Positions 39,017 to 52,017 of a stretch of DNA of 64,000 nt are shown here, in pieces. The position numbers and the translations under genes were made by a program. Within the stretch, counting starts at the first letter, position 1, and every line of letters begins with the position of its first letter. The notes under the pieces are model-generated. The model saw only the letters and a program-made list of their open reading frames with translations. It made no database searches and had not been told where the DNA came from. The DNA comes from Felis catus (taxonomy: Eukaryota), in NCBI RefSeq assembly GCF_018350175.1, contig NC_058368.1:195798001-195862000 (forward strand), in the 5' to 3' direction.

Positions 39017-40164
39017 TGGTGAATTACTTATGAAATCATTTTTGAAGGAGGTTAATATAGAAGAGGTAGGACTTTTATACTTGTTTGAGGCCCTCCATGA
39101 ATTTAGTGCCAATCCTACGGGATGCCAGCGGGGAAGTCTTTTGCTCATCTCACTATGGTAGCTGGCAATTTAAGAATCCAGCCCCATTAGGCCTTTGGTA
39201 TTTTTGCATTATTGGCCATCTTATAGTTACCATTATTGAGAGACTCCCATGAATCAGGCACTGGCCAAATTCATTACTTTTTAATCTCATGGAATCCTTC
39301 CCACACTCAGAAGTAGCTGTCATCACCATTTTTCAGATGAAGAAACTGGGACTCACTAGTAATAGATCACACATATTGAGCATTCGTGTATTTGACCATG
39401 TCGCCTTGCAATTGTGACTTCATTTAATACTCAACAATCCTGTATTTTACAGATGAGGAAATTGAGACTCAAAGAGTTTGTTAACTTGGCCACAGTCGGA
39501 AAACGAATGCATAGCGAAGCCAAGATTCTTCAGGCCCTTGCTCCTGGAAAAGGAGGGAGGGAGGACAGTGGCCACGATGTAATGCAAAGTGTGAATTTCC
39601 CCACCCAGGAAAGATGGTGGGCTGAGGTAAGTCATGACAGCCATCTTTGCAATGCTCAGAAGTTGTCCTGAGGAAAAGGAAGTTGATCTCTTCAGGGTGG
39701 CCCCAAGAGGGCAGAGCTGTCATCCCAAGGCCTGACTTCCCTCTTACTGAAGGAAGAATTTTAACTCAACAGCTGACAAGGAGTGGTTTCAGCAAGAAGT
39801 GGACTCCTTTCCACTGAAATGTGTTTCTCCACTTTTAACCTGCTCACTGATCACCCAGGGAGCTTATTTTTACAAAACACATACTCAAGACCTTTTTCCA
39901 GGGATTCTCAGTAAGTGTGGAGCAGGACCCTGGGTGAACCTGTCCCAGGAGGTCAACACTAGGATACTGAAGAGGCAACACGTGGCAACCCTACTATTAA
40001 AGAGGGGATTCCTTCATTATAGAGGAGGTTGGACTGGATGATCCCTAAGTTACCTTCAGAGTCACTGAAACCAGAACCGTGAAAATAAAATGCTGAGCTG
40101 CTAGGAACTAGGATTGGCTGGAAACTTCTGTGAGCTAAGGGCTCCACTTGATAAAAATAGCTGT

Positions 40165-40181
40165 ATCGCCATCTGGTGGAC
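40165..40181 (-). promoter_or_regulatory. Candidate CTCF site
   Basis: Minus strand CCACCAGATGGCG matches the CTCF core CCAS(C/T)AG(A/G)(G/T)GGC(A/G). Confidence 0.55.
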
Positions 40182-41531
40182 TGCCTAAAAAGTCTTTATT
40201 TGCACTCCTTTATCCTAAAACCATAGCATGATTTTTTTTTTTTTTTTTTAATTCTGATGCCCTTCACTTTACAAACCAGGAATCAGACTCAGAAAGGCTA
40301 GAGCCTACGCCCCACATCCAGCCAGCAATCCCCAGTGTACTGCTTCCCGTAGGCTTGAATTGCACAAGACTGATCCTAGGCTTATCAATCACAAAATGTT
40401 CCAAGTTTTTCCTCCAGCAAGCAGTTAGGAGAAGGTTTAAGTTTTAGACAGCTGTCACGATGCAACAAAGTTCCCAGATACTTTAGTACTATATCTCTCA
40501 AAGGATGGAGCACTGCATTAAAGATGCAGAATTCTTGGCTCTATCTCATGTGCACACCTATAGACTGACAGTTGGACGGTGGATGCTTCACAGCCTGCGG
40601 GATCTCTCCAACCTAACCAGGTCCCAAACAGAAACCTCACATGTGTGCATCTGATTAGCAAAACCGAAATCACTTCTGAATCTCTGGCCACAGTTTAACG
40701 AGGGAGATGTAGTGTTCGCGTTCAATGTCGTTTCTCACTTTCCAGCTTCTGCCACCCCGGAAGGCATCTTAGGGGAAAAGAAAAAAAAAAGCAAAAGTTG
40801 GGAGAGATGCTGAGCAAACCAATTAGAATCTTATATATCTATCCCCCTTGACCATCCCCCCCAACCCCCAACCCTCCTCTCTTACCTCTATGTTGCAGTC
40901 GAATTCCTGGAAAGAGTTGTCTGTTCTGTTTCCACTTCCTCACCTCCCACTCATTCCTTACCTCACAACTGCATCCCTCTCATATCGCCTCTCGGCACAT
41001 GACCTTCCCAATCCCCTTGCTTTGTCTCCCCCTCACCTCCCAGCCCCCCTTCCACTCCTATGTGGTGATTGCCAAATTCTGCATTTAGCACCTCACTGCC
41101 CTCAGTCTGTGTTCTCTGCCTTGGTGGTCCCGTCCACTTGTGTGTATATCTACCACCACGTGCAGATAATCCCCCAAAGGATAACTCCAGCCATACAATC
41201 TTTGCCAAAGGACAGACCCAGGTTTCCAGGTGCATCCTGAACGTGGCCAACTGAAGCACAAGCAACTCAAACTCAACATGTCTAATATGAAATCCATCAC
41301 TTAAAAAATGTGTTCTTCCCCCTGCATCCTAGATGTCTATGTCAACTGTACAACTACCCACTTGCTGAAGCTAGAATCCTGGGATTCGAATGGATTCTTC
41401 TCTTTCCCTTTTCGGTTCCTACATTCAAATTGTCTCTAAGGCCCATAAATTCAGTGGAGCCCTTTTACCTGAGTTCCTGGGCTTAATAAGCATTCTCTAA
41501 AGAAAGACCGCAGACATGCTCATTCTAGCAC

Positions 41532-41537
41532 TTTATT
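41532..41537 (-). terminator. SMIM3: SMIM3 polyadenylation signal AATAAA
   Basis: tttatt on the + strand at the end of an AU-rich 3'UTR segment, followed on the minus strand by T/GT-rich sequence. Confidence 0.75.
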
Positions 41538-42665
41538 GGAAATTGGTCGTGTACATCAACGAAATCAGACCAAAGTAAAGGCATTACTTCCACACAATAT
41601 TCTGATGTCTGTGCTATTACATAATTTAATAAATCCCAAGATATCATTGATTTTGGTCAAAGAGCTTGAGCAGTCCAGAAATCTATATAAATATAGATCA
41701 TAGCATCTAAAATAACCACCGTTGTTTTAAGTTAGTTCCAAAAGTCCCGGGAACATCTCTTAAAATCTGTAGCTTAGATTGGTTGCAGTGCTGGTGGGAG
41801 GGAGGGAAGGGCATGCACTTTATACCACGGAGCTGATGATAGCAGGGCTGGGGTGGGGGGACATTTCTCAAGTGTGGGCACACAAGGGGGTGGGGGCTGG
41901 AGATCATGAAAGCTGGCCAGGGAACTCGACCACCCTGTGTTTTCCTGCAGTGCTCAACTATCGCAGCGCTGAGACTCCAATGCAGAAAGAAGCCTGTCAC
42001 CCCAGGTCCCTTGGCATTGCCAAGAAATGGCAGAGCCCTCCTGACTGTCGACATTCTGGCACAGACGTCCTGGGAAGTTCGACCCATCTCCCTTCCCCTG
42101 CCGTGCTCAGTTCCCTCCAAATTACATAACGTGAGAGAGGGGCACAGCAAAGAAAATGCTGTGAACCAAAGTGCCGCTGCTGGCCCCTTGGAATGCGGAT
42201 AGGGTGCCTTTGCTTGGTTTGACCTGAGGGGCACTGGCAAAGGCTGCTCTGCCCCCAGGGTCTCCCTCACCACCTTGAAGGCCACCATCAGTAATTAGGT
42301 TGTTTGGTTCTTCAAAGCTTCTCAGCATTCAGCAGTGACACCTGTACATCCATGGTGGCTTTGCTGCTCACTATCGCAAACAGCCGTAACCTCCACCAAG
42401 TCATCGGTTCTTACAACCCCATGAGGTAGGAAGGGCAGGGATCATGACCCCCATTTAAAAGGAACCGGGAACCCACAGAATTAGGTCCCTTGACTGAACT
42501 CACACAGCTGGCCAGTGGCAAAATCCAAACAAGAACTCGGATCTCCTCTCACATATCAAGCTCCTGAGTCCACACAGCAAAGCCCGTCCCGTCGCTTTTC
42601 TGAGAAGGAAGAGGCTGGGGGAGGGGACACCATCCACATCCCTCACTGCCCCTCTTGGGAGGTTC

Positions 42666-42848
42666 TCACACAGCCCCATTGAGGACAGGATGAGTCCGCA
42701 TGCGATAGATAATGACCGCAGCGGCCGGGCACAGTAACAAAGAGGTCATGATGACAATGGTGGCCAGGATGATGAGGACAATGACCCAGATATCCAGGAT
42801 GTGCTTGGGGAGCACAGCCTCCATGGGGACCTGGCTGACGGCATCCAT
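42666..42848 (-). CDS. SMIM3: Small integral membrane protein 3 (NID67), 60 aa, single transmembrane helix
   Basis: The translation [60 protein letters not shown] matches mammalian SMIM3 as I recall it. The Kozak context is good (AGCATGG). An in-frame TGA lies 9 nt upstream of the ATG and a splice acceptor 11 nt upstream. Confidence 0.97.
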   Translation of the reverse strand: MDAVSQVPMEAVLPKHILDIWVIVLIILATIVIMTSLLLCPAAAVIIYRMRTHPVLNGAV

Positions 42849-43223
42849 GCTGCTTCACTCTGCAACAGACAGGAAAGAGGAAATCACTATTTTGTACCCT
42901 CTCCAGGAGTCAGAAGCTTGGGTCACTTACCAGCTGTGTGCTCGTTAAGGTAATCTGATCAATAATAATGGCCTCATTTACCAAGTGCTTCCTATGTGCC
43001 AGGCCCAGCACTGGGCACTTTATGTGTATTAACCCACTGAGTCCTCCCTTCAACCACCAGCTCCATGAGATGGGGACTATTACAGTCATCCTTTATTTCT
43101 TGGGCTTGATCGCCAGTTATTTCCGCTTTACAGATGATGACTCTAAAACCTTTACAGATGTAAATGTGGTTAATTTGCCCAAGGAAGTGAAGCTGGATGG
43201 GTGGGACTCCAGAGTCATGTTTA

Positions 43224-43325
43224 TTTTATTTTATTTTTTTGGATTTTCTTTTTTTTTTTTTTAATAGGAAATTTATTGTCAAATTGGTTTCCATACAACA
43301 CCCAGTGCTCATCCCAAAAGGTGCC
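43224..43325 (-). mobile_element. Severely 5'-truncated young L1 inside a MIR
   Basis: About 60 bp of L1 3' terminus plus a T tail, with perfect TSD ctccagagtcatgttta at 43207-43223 and 43326-43342. Confidence 0.9.
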
Positions 43326-46300
43326 CTCCAGAGTCATGTTTAACTAATAAACTGTCACACTGCTGGTCTGTCCCATCTGTTAAAATGCCTTCTCCTGTTC
43401 TCCTCTTACCAAAACCTGATCTTTTCTGTGGAGAACCTACCTAGGCAGTGTGGTTTAGTTAGGGTGCTCGCGTGAGCACAGAGGCAGATACGTGATCTAG
43501 GTTTGGCCATCACAAATCATAGCCTCAAGTGGACAAGTGGCCCAGCCCAGCTCCCAGGGCTTTCATGTGCAAGCTATTGGGAAAGATGATTCTTTCTGCT
43601 GTGGATTGCTAAACCAAAAGGTTGTGAGTCTGGAAAGGACGGGGTGGGCTGTGTCACCCACGTGTAGAGAGCCTGTCTTAGAGATGGAAGGAGAAATGGA
43701 ACCTTCAGGACCTGAACCCAGCACACTCTGACTCCATGTGCAACCCTGGACACGCCCCCCCCCCCCCCCCCCCCCCCCGGCCCCGTTCCCAGCCCCACCC
43801 CTACACAGAAGCGAATAATTCCCTGCTTTAAGCCAGAGTCAGTTTGGCTTCTCTCACAGCTAAAAGAGTTCTGATGGATAAGATGCAAATCAGTTCTTCC
43901 CAAACTTTTTCAATTCACAGCACCCTTACGTAATTATTTCACAGCTCTCCAGGCCAAAAGAAATACCTAGCAGTTGCATTTAGTACGTTTAGTAGTCAGG
44001 TCCAAACACTTCAGTAAGCACTTATATCCTAACAAATTAGTAGCTGTTTGAAAAACATTGTACACACAAATGGAAAGGAAAAAATAGTTTTATTTCATCT
44101 TTAGCCAGCTGCTTACTCATGGGAGGTGGGCAATGGTTAGACGCACAACTTTTCAGACTCTGGAGCCAGAGTCGACAATGCCATGACCAGTCCCATTCCA
44201 CATTCATGTGTGTGCAGTACTTGCTGTATCGTGGCAACAGCCAAAAACTCAGCTTCACAAAATACAACATCGCCAAAAGGAATGCAGTAAGGTTAACGTG
44301 AAACTGTCAACTATCTTGAGCTAGTCATTTTCACAGAGTCTGAGAGATGTCAAATATCAATATTCCTATCTGAAATTAATTAAAAGATCCCACAGTCGCC
44401 CCCCCCCCCCCACACACACACTTTTCCAATGAGTTCACCGTGGCTCCCCAGGGCTCACTGTATAACTTGGGAACCACATATATCACACATTCCCTGCCCA
44501 GAGGGCACAGGCTGGAACAAACACTCTCCTATGGTTCCTTCTAGATCTGAGATCTATTATTTCTGTGATTCTAGGTCCCAGGCAAAATTTCCAATTCCAG
44601 TCCAATTTCCTGCTTTCTCCTAATCAGTAACTTTTCCTTTCCAACGCCTTTGGATTCATGCCCACTGTTGCCCCTCTAGGAAAGGTACTGATTGCCATAT
44701 CCGAGGCAGAGTCCCCAAGATATACACACAAGGATGTTCATTTCCGCATTGTTTGTTACAGCAACTAATGCAACAAGTGTCCATAAACAGTAAAATAGAA
44801 TATATCCATATACTAGAATACCATGCAGTGGTTTTCATTCATCTAACAAATACGTAGTCCTTGCTACTCCCCAAGCATTGTTCCAGGTGTGCTACAAATA
44901 TTAACTTATTTAATAGTTATTATTACAAAGAATGATGATCTATGGTGAGTTCTGAATAGTTTACGTAGAAAAAAAAAAGTAAAGTACAGAATAATGTGTA
45001 TAGGATTATTCCCCTGGCTCAGATTTTGTAGAATCAAGTAGATATATAGGTGGTGATACATAAAAGCAAGATCATTTATGAGCAGAATCCAAAGAAAGTG
45101 CTAATAGCGACTACCAGAGGGGCTGGACTAGGAGTAGGAGAAGCTTTTGCTTTTCATTCTTCATGTTTTCATGCTGTTTGAATATTGTAAACATGAGCAT
45201 GTCTTACATTTGATTTTCTGAAGTCCGCTGGATTGAGGGGGAAATGGACTTTTTTCTTTATAGTTCTCTGTATTAAAAATTTTCAAGTCCAACAAAATTC
45301 AAGGATGAGCCTAGATCAGTGGTTACCAAATGCCCTATACCAAGCTAAGTGAGAACCCCCTTAGGACAGTATAAAAAAACACTAATTTCTGGGTCCCATT
45401 ATAGACTTACTGAATCAGACTCAAGAGGGGACAGGAGGGGGCTTTTTTTCCCCAATATGCACCCAGGTTTGGGAACCCTGAACCCACCAATCTCTAAGGC
45501 TGCTATGATGCTCTCCAGCACTGTGATGTGGGAACTGATTCCTAGGTGCTCTGTAGCCAGTCTTACCAGACCTGGGTAAGGTCCAGGATGAAGGAGAAGG
45601 CTCTGGCAAGGCCCCCCAGGACACCAGGATTATCAGGCTGGGGCTTGCCAAGGAGGAAGAGGCACAGCCTGGCCCTGCCTCAGCCTTGGAAACGTGGTTA
45701 CTTTCTCCCAAGTCCAAGGCTCAGAAGCATGAATCACAGGAGACGCACACTGTTAAAGAAGGACGGAGGCGGCAGAAATCATTCTTTGTGGTCTCCTGAT
45801 TACATCAACAGCTAGCTTGCCCTGAGCCAAAGGAACCCCACGAAAGCCCTTTCTGGTAAACCCATTAACATCAAACAGTTTCTGTGACTCCAAATGCCAG
45901 GAATAATCTCCCTGGCTGTTTCTCATAAGGAAAACCTGTCATTTACAGGAATCTAAGCTTCAGGGCTCATTCACAACCACGAACCATGGAAGCTACAGCC
46001 AGCAGTATTTCACAGATGGCAAAACTGAGGTCCACGGGTCTTTCCCCACCTTCAACCCCACCCTCTTCCAGAATAATCATTCAAAGATATAAATCTGATG
46101 AAGACACAACACACAAAAAAACAGGATAGAACAAGTAGATAAACAAAGGAAACTTCTTCTGTAACCTGTACTCAAGACTGTACCCATATTACTCTTCCAC
46201 ACGTGACATGATTTAAAACCCTGATCACAAAAACAGACAAAAGCAGAGCTGCTCCAGAATGCCAAGGAGGGACGAGACAAGGGTTTTGGGGTCCCACCCA

Positions 46301-47697
46301 GATAGCGAGGCTGGATAAATATCCTTAGAGGCCCTAAGCACTGGAGATTAGGGTGCCCATCCCCTTCACACATACAACTCAAACTAAAAGCAACATTAAA
46401 CCATAACACATAAAACTAATTTTCCCAGGTACTTTTTTGGTATCCCAAAAAAGTAGCACAGCATGTTCACTTGCTACAGCACAGCTGTTCAGCTTCCCCT
46501 TGACCCTTTGGGCTCCACAAAACACAATCTGGAAACCACAGGTTGTGATATTCTCCAAGGGCCTTCCCAGAGCTGCTGTTCCAGGGCTCTAAGTCTGGCC
46601 ATGAACTTGGCCAGGCATCAGAGGACACAGGGAGCTCTCTTTCCCTGTTTCAACCTTCTCAGCCTTCAAACACGTGTCCCCGATGGGCTATTTCTTTCCA
46701 TAGAACAGGGGTTTGGGTTGCTTCTACCTCTCCCCACTGCGAAAGAAAAACTTTGTCCCCCAAATAAGAACTACACAAACCATATGTTCCGCATCTTTAA
46801 TGGCATGCTGGAAGAATTTGCTTGAGAAAAAGCAGGACTCCAAGCTTCTGCTGGCTGACTTCTGTTTGACCTCTCTCTGGCATCCGGGTGCATGGCTCCT
46901 TGTGAGTGCCTAAAACCCTGTTTCTTGGTATGTCTAATTAATAACTGTAGATCAATCTGCTTATCATTTACTTTGCAGATATATTACTTGTTGTTTCTTA
47001 TCAATGGGTTATATCAGACTATGGCCCAAACCATTCATGTCACCAATTTAACCTTATCACAGATAAAAATGTGATGTTCTTATGGCCATGGGAGGTAAAA
47101 CAGCAGTCAAGCCTACACTCCTGTCATTTCAAACTGGCATACCTTATCTGCTATCTATCTCATTAAAGGAATAAATAAACTTTGACATATGTTCAATATA
47201 AGTTTGTCTAAGAAACTACGTTAACACCACCCTGAGCTGACAAGCAAGGAAGTCACTGGTATCACCAGCCACTGATGCCATCTGGGCCCTACCCCACCAG
47301 CCCTGTGAGAGGCCAGTTTGCACAGGCAATTGAAAGTCTTTTGGGAAAAAGAAAAAAAAAAAAAAAAAGAATCATTGTTGCAGCCAATTCCATCACAGGG
47401 CAGATTTTCTAGTTCCAACAAAATGTATATAAGCTTCATAGATCAAAATTTCCTGCAAGTCCATAGTTTTAGAACAACTAAATTCAAGGTGACTAATCTA
47501 TGCCATATCTATCCTTTCAATCATGAGACTCACTCCCCAGCAAACGGCTCTCTCCTCTCTGACGAGGCAATATTGGTTTTGGCTGAGCACCATCAAGACA
47601 AGTAACTGTGTCCAGGATGTTCGTTTGTTCATTCATTCATTCACTCACTCACTCATTCATTCATCACGTACTTGTTATATACAAGATATTCTCTTAG

Positions 47698-47900
47698 CAG
47701 TGCCTGGGTGGCTCAGTCGGTTAAGCATTCGACTTCGGCTCAGTCATGATCTCATGGTTCGTGGGTTCAAGCCCTGCATTGGGCTCTGTGCTGACATCTC
47801 AGAGCCTGGAGCCTGCTTTGGATTCTGTGTCTCCCTCTCTCTCTGTTCCTCCCCCACTCATGCTCTGTCTCTCTCTCAAAAATAAATATTAAAAAAAAAT
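47698..47900 (+). mobile_element. CanSINE
   Basis: Head gtgcctgggtggctcagtcgg, TSD aagatattctcttag. Confidence 0.88.
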
Positions 47901-48359
47901 TTTTTTTAAAGATATTCTCTTAGGAATTACTGTTATTTACTCAGAAGACCAAACTTAATTCCAAGAAGCACAGAGAAGTTAAGTACCTTTCCTCTTATTT
48001 CCTCAAATACACGCTCACACAAGCCAGCATTTGTTTAACAAATACGAACTGCTAAGTAAGTACTGTGTTGGGACTTGTCCCACACATTAACTTATTTCAC
48101 CGTCACAACAATCCTGTGCAGGATATATTATTTTACAGATGAGGAAATGAAAGCCAAGAGAGGTTAACTGGCTAGTGACTCATAAAGAAAAGTAAATGGC
48201 ATTCAAACGCAGGCCTCCTGACCCTGTATTCACTTTCAAAGCCTCCACACAGACCCAGGAATAAGAACATGGAATATGCCAGATCTACAGCTCTCTCCTA
48301 AGTCTACACTCATTACCTTCAGCTAAAGGCATTCTGGACTTAGAGATATGCAAACTATA

Positions 48360-50900
48360 AAAGATCAGGATTTCCATTTCCAGTAATGGCAAACTAGATC
48401 ACTTTGACCTCTAACTGAGGACAACTGGAAAAATTGGACCCCCCCCCCCAAGAAAATCTGTCTCAAGGCACTAAGAAGTAACAAATAATGGGGAATTAAC
48501 CAGCCTAAGATTTGGGAACAGATAGAAATCCAGGGAGGCGAGCCTGGCATTTGAAACAGCATTTCCCCTAGTGGAGGATGGAGACTAAGCAGTGTTTCTG
48601 ACAGACTCAGGGATCCAAGACTGCCCAGATAGGGAGAACAAAAATCCTGCATTTTGAGGTTGGACCTCAAAAAGCATTCTTGGTGCTAAGAGTGAACCAG
48701 AAGTATGCCAATTCTAGAGACTGCAACCCAGGTTTGAATCATCACAGTCCCTGAAATTGAATTAAGGTTATTTCACATTGCGAGTACCTCCAGGTGCTGG
48801 GCAGAAGCAAACCTACATCCTCTCTAGAGGAGATAACATCACAATAGGCTTCAAAAATTTTTTTAATTAAATATAATGCCTAATGCATAACCAATTGTAA
48901 GCAGGAATGAAAAAAGACAAGATGACAAGAACAGAGCAATCAGAAACAACAGACAATAGAAAAAGATCTACAAGGGCTACAGATAGTGGAGTTGTCTGTC
49001 AGATACACCTTTAAATAACCTTGCTTACTATGGTCAAGGAGACTGAGAATTTTGACAGAGATCTGGAAATTATAAGAAAAAACACAACAGATTTTTTTTT
49101 CAACGTTTTTTTTTAATTTTTTTATTTTTTTTTATTTTTGGGACAGAGAGAGACAGAGCATGAACGGGGGAGGGGCAGAGAGAGAGGGAGACACAGAATC
49201 GGAAACAGGCTCCAGACTCCGAGCCATCAGCCCAGAGCCCGACGCGGGGCTCGAACTCACGGACCGCGAGATCGTGACCTGGCTGAAGTCGGACGCTTAA
49301 CCGACTGCGCCACCCAGGCACCCCAACAGATTTTTTTTAAAGAGCCGAGCAGAAATACTAGAAGTGAAAAATACAATAATAGAAATAAAAATTCAACAAA
49401 TAGGCTTAACAGCAGATGAGACACAGGTGAAAAAAATATTAGTGAACTAGAGAATAGATCAGAAAGAAAAAAACCCAAAATGCTTCTGTAATAACAGAAT
49501 TTCCCAAAGCTGATGAACGACAGCAATTCACAAACTGTGGAAGCCTTATGAAATCCTAGCAGGATAAATAGAGACACTCACAGTTAAGCACATTACAGTA
49601 AATCTGCTGAAAACCACAGGTAAAGAGAAAAAAGACAGATTATCTTCATATGAAAACCAATCAGACTGACATCTACCTTTTCAACAGAAACCATGGAATC
49701 TAGAAAACAGCAGGACGACATCTTTAAAACACCGAGCAAAAATAACTGACAAGAATTAAGATGAAAGAAGATATTTTCACCCAATAAAAAGACAGAATTG
49801 AAATGTGCAATAACAATAGCAAATATATAAGGGTTCCTGGGTGGCTCAGTCAGTTAAGCATCCAACTTCAGCTCACGTCATGATCTCACAGCTCGTGGGT
49901 TCGAGTCCCGCATCTGGCTCTGTGCTGACAGCTCACAGCCTGGATCCTGCTTTCTGCCCTCCCCCAGCTTGCACTCTGTCTCCCTCTCTCTCAAAAATAA
50001 ATAAACATTAAAAAATTTTTTTAATTAAAAAATAAAAAACAATAGCAAATATATAACAATAAAATTAAGGTATTCTGACTTCCTTGCATAGCCTGGGAAA
50101 GGGCAAAAGAACCAGATAGCATTAGACTTTGTTAAGTCAAGGATGTATATTGTAATCCCTAGTGCAGCCATTTACATTTATTTATTTTTGAGAGACAGAG
50201 ACAGAGCACAAGTGGGGGAAGGCAGAGAGAGAATGAGACACAGAATCCAAAGCAGGCTCCAGGCTCTGAGCTGTCAGCACAGAGCCCGACGTGGGGCTTG
50301 AACTCACAAACCGTGAGATCATGACCTGAGCCAAAGTCGGAAGCTTAACCGACTGAGCCACCCAGGTGCCCCTTGGAGAGACCAGGGCAGCCATTTAAAA
50401 GTAGCAAGAGTGTATAACTTCCAGAGAACATGAGGGAAGGAGGAAAAAAACAGAATACGTGGGACATATAGAAAGTACACAGAAAGATAGTAGATTTAAA
50501 CTTAAACCAACAAAAACTACTGGAGTATACATAAAAATTAAAAATGACTATAAATATATATTCTTCATAAGAGACACATGGGATTTAGAAAGGTTAAAGG
50601 TTAAAGGGTACAAAAGAAATACTATCTACTCATGAATTGTGTGAGCTAGTAGAGCTATCTTACTGTCAGAGGAAGTAGACTTTTAGACGAAAAGTAGAAC
50701 TAGAGACACCAGAAGTTAAAAAGATTTTTAATTTTTATGTACCTAATTTCAGAATTATAAGGTCATACAGATGAAACCACAATTATAAGGGGGAGTTCAA
50801 CACAATTCTCTCAAATGCTGGTAGAACAAAGAGTTTTTTAAAATCAGCTGAGGATATAGAAGATTTCTTAAACTAATAGTTTTCTATAATATATGGTTTC
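48360..50900 (+). mobile_element. Old L1M 5'/ORF1 fragments with several CanSINE insertions (- 49100-49324; + ~49830-50035; - ~50175-50372)
   Basis: Degenerate ORF1-like A-rich sequence (aataggcttaacagcagat, gaattttcccaaagctgatg). The young SINE at 49100-49324 has TSD aacagatttttttt. Confidence 0.65.
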
Positions 50901-50939
50901 AAATAAAGAGTACCAAAACTAATTAAATATAAAAAGTTA

Positions 50940-51160
50940 GGGGCACCTGGGTGGCTTGGTCGGTTAAGCGTCCGACTTCGGCTCAGGTCATGATCTCACG
51001 GTCCGTGAGTTCGAGCCCCACGTCGGGCTCTGTGCTGACCGCTCAGAGCCTGGAGCCTGTTTCAGATTCTGTGTCTCCCTCTCTCTCTGCCCCTCCCCTG
51101 TTCATGCTCTGTCTCTCTCTGTCTCAAAAATAAATAAATGTTAAAAAAAAAATTAAAAAA
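50940..51160 (+). mobile_element. CanSINE (felid)
   Basis: ggggcacctgggtggcttggtcgg head and A tail. Confidence 0.9.
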
Positions 51161-51538
51161 AATATAAAGTTAACATTTAAATTATTTTCTGGGAATAATT
51201 TTCATATATTAATATAATATAATAATAAATATTCAATACATATGAAAGAGGAATACATTATACTATATTTTATATATAATTCCAAATTATATAATACTAT
51301 ATATTCATTTAGTGGTATTGGAAGAAAATAACTTTAAGGATAATTACATGAGAATAAAGGGAAGCACAATATACTGTGTTTAAAAAACAAGTTCATAGTA
51401 GCATAGTTTTAGTGTAAGAATAGGTAACTTTTAGAACTGATTTCATATATTAGGTCACTTGACCTGACTTAGAAAACAGAAAGCTGGCTCTAGTATGTTT
51501 CAGTCATAACCGTAAAGAGGATATTTCCATAAAGCAAT

Positions 51539-52017
51539 TGTGGTAAGAAGAATTCTAAGATGGCCCCCATAATCTCTAGTCCCTGGTGCTACCCCTGAGA
51601 ACAGGTTAGGTCACATAACAAGGTGAAGGGATTTTGCAGATGTAGTTAAGGTTCCAGATCCCCTGACTTAAAAGTAATCAAAAAGATCATCCTGGGTGGG
51701 CCTGACTTAATCAGGTGAACGTCCTTTTAAAAAAGGGCTGAAGCTTCCCTGAGGTCAAAGACACTCACTGCTCTGAGTGCAACCTTGAGTTACAAGACAC
51801 AAATCTGCCAAGACCTGAATGAGCTTGCAAGATAAATCTTTCATAATAGATCCTTCAGAAGCAAATGCAACTTGGCTGACATCTTGACTGAAGTTTTACA
51901 AGGACCCAGCAAAGTTGTGTTTGGACTCCTGACCCATGAAAACTATGAGATCGTGAATATATTTTCAAGCCACTAAAGTTGTGGTAATTTGTTAAGGCAG
52001 CAATAGAAATCTAATAC
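51539..52017 (+). mobile_element. MLT1-type (MaLR) solo LTR
   Basis: tgtggtaagaagaattctaagatggcccc...ggattttgcagatgtagttaagg...aagccactaaagttgtggtaatttgtt...caatagaaatctaatac. Confidence 0.82.

Larger units (their letters stand above)
41512..42859 (-). other. SMIM3: SMIM3 terminal exon (short 5'UTR, CDS, ~1.15 kb 3'UTR)
   Basis: Acceptor TTTCCTCTTTCCTGTCTGTTGCAG|AGTGAAGCAGCATG at 42860/42859, and AATAAA at 41537-41532. The 3' end is estimated. Confidence 0.85.

Noticed and set aside
41707..42328. 193-aa and overlapping ORFs in the SMIM3 3'UTR
   Set aside because: No recognisable protein similarity, and they lie within a moderately GC-rich UTR.
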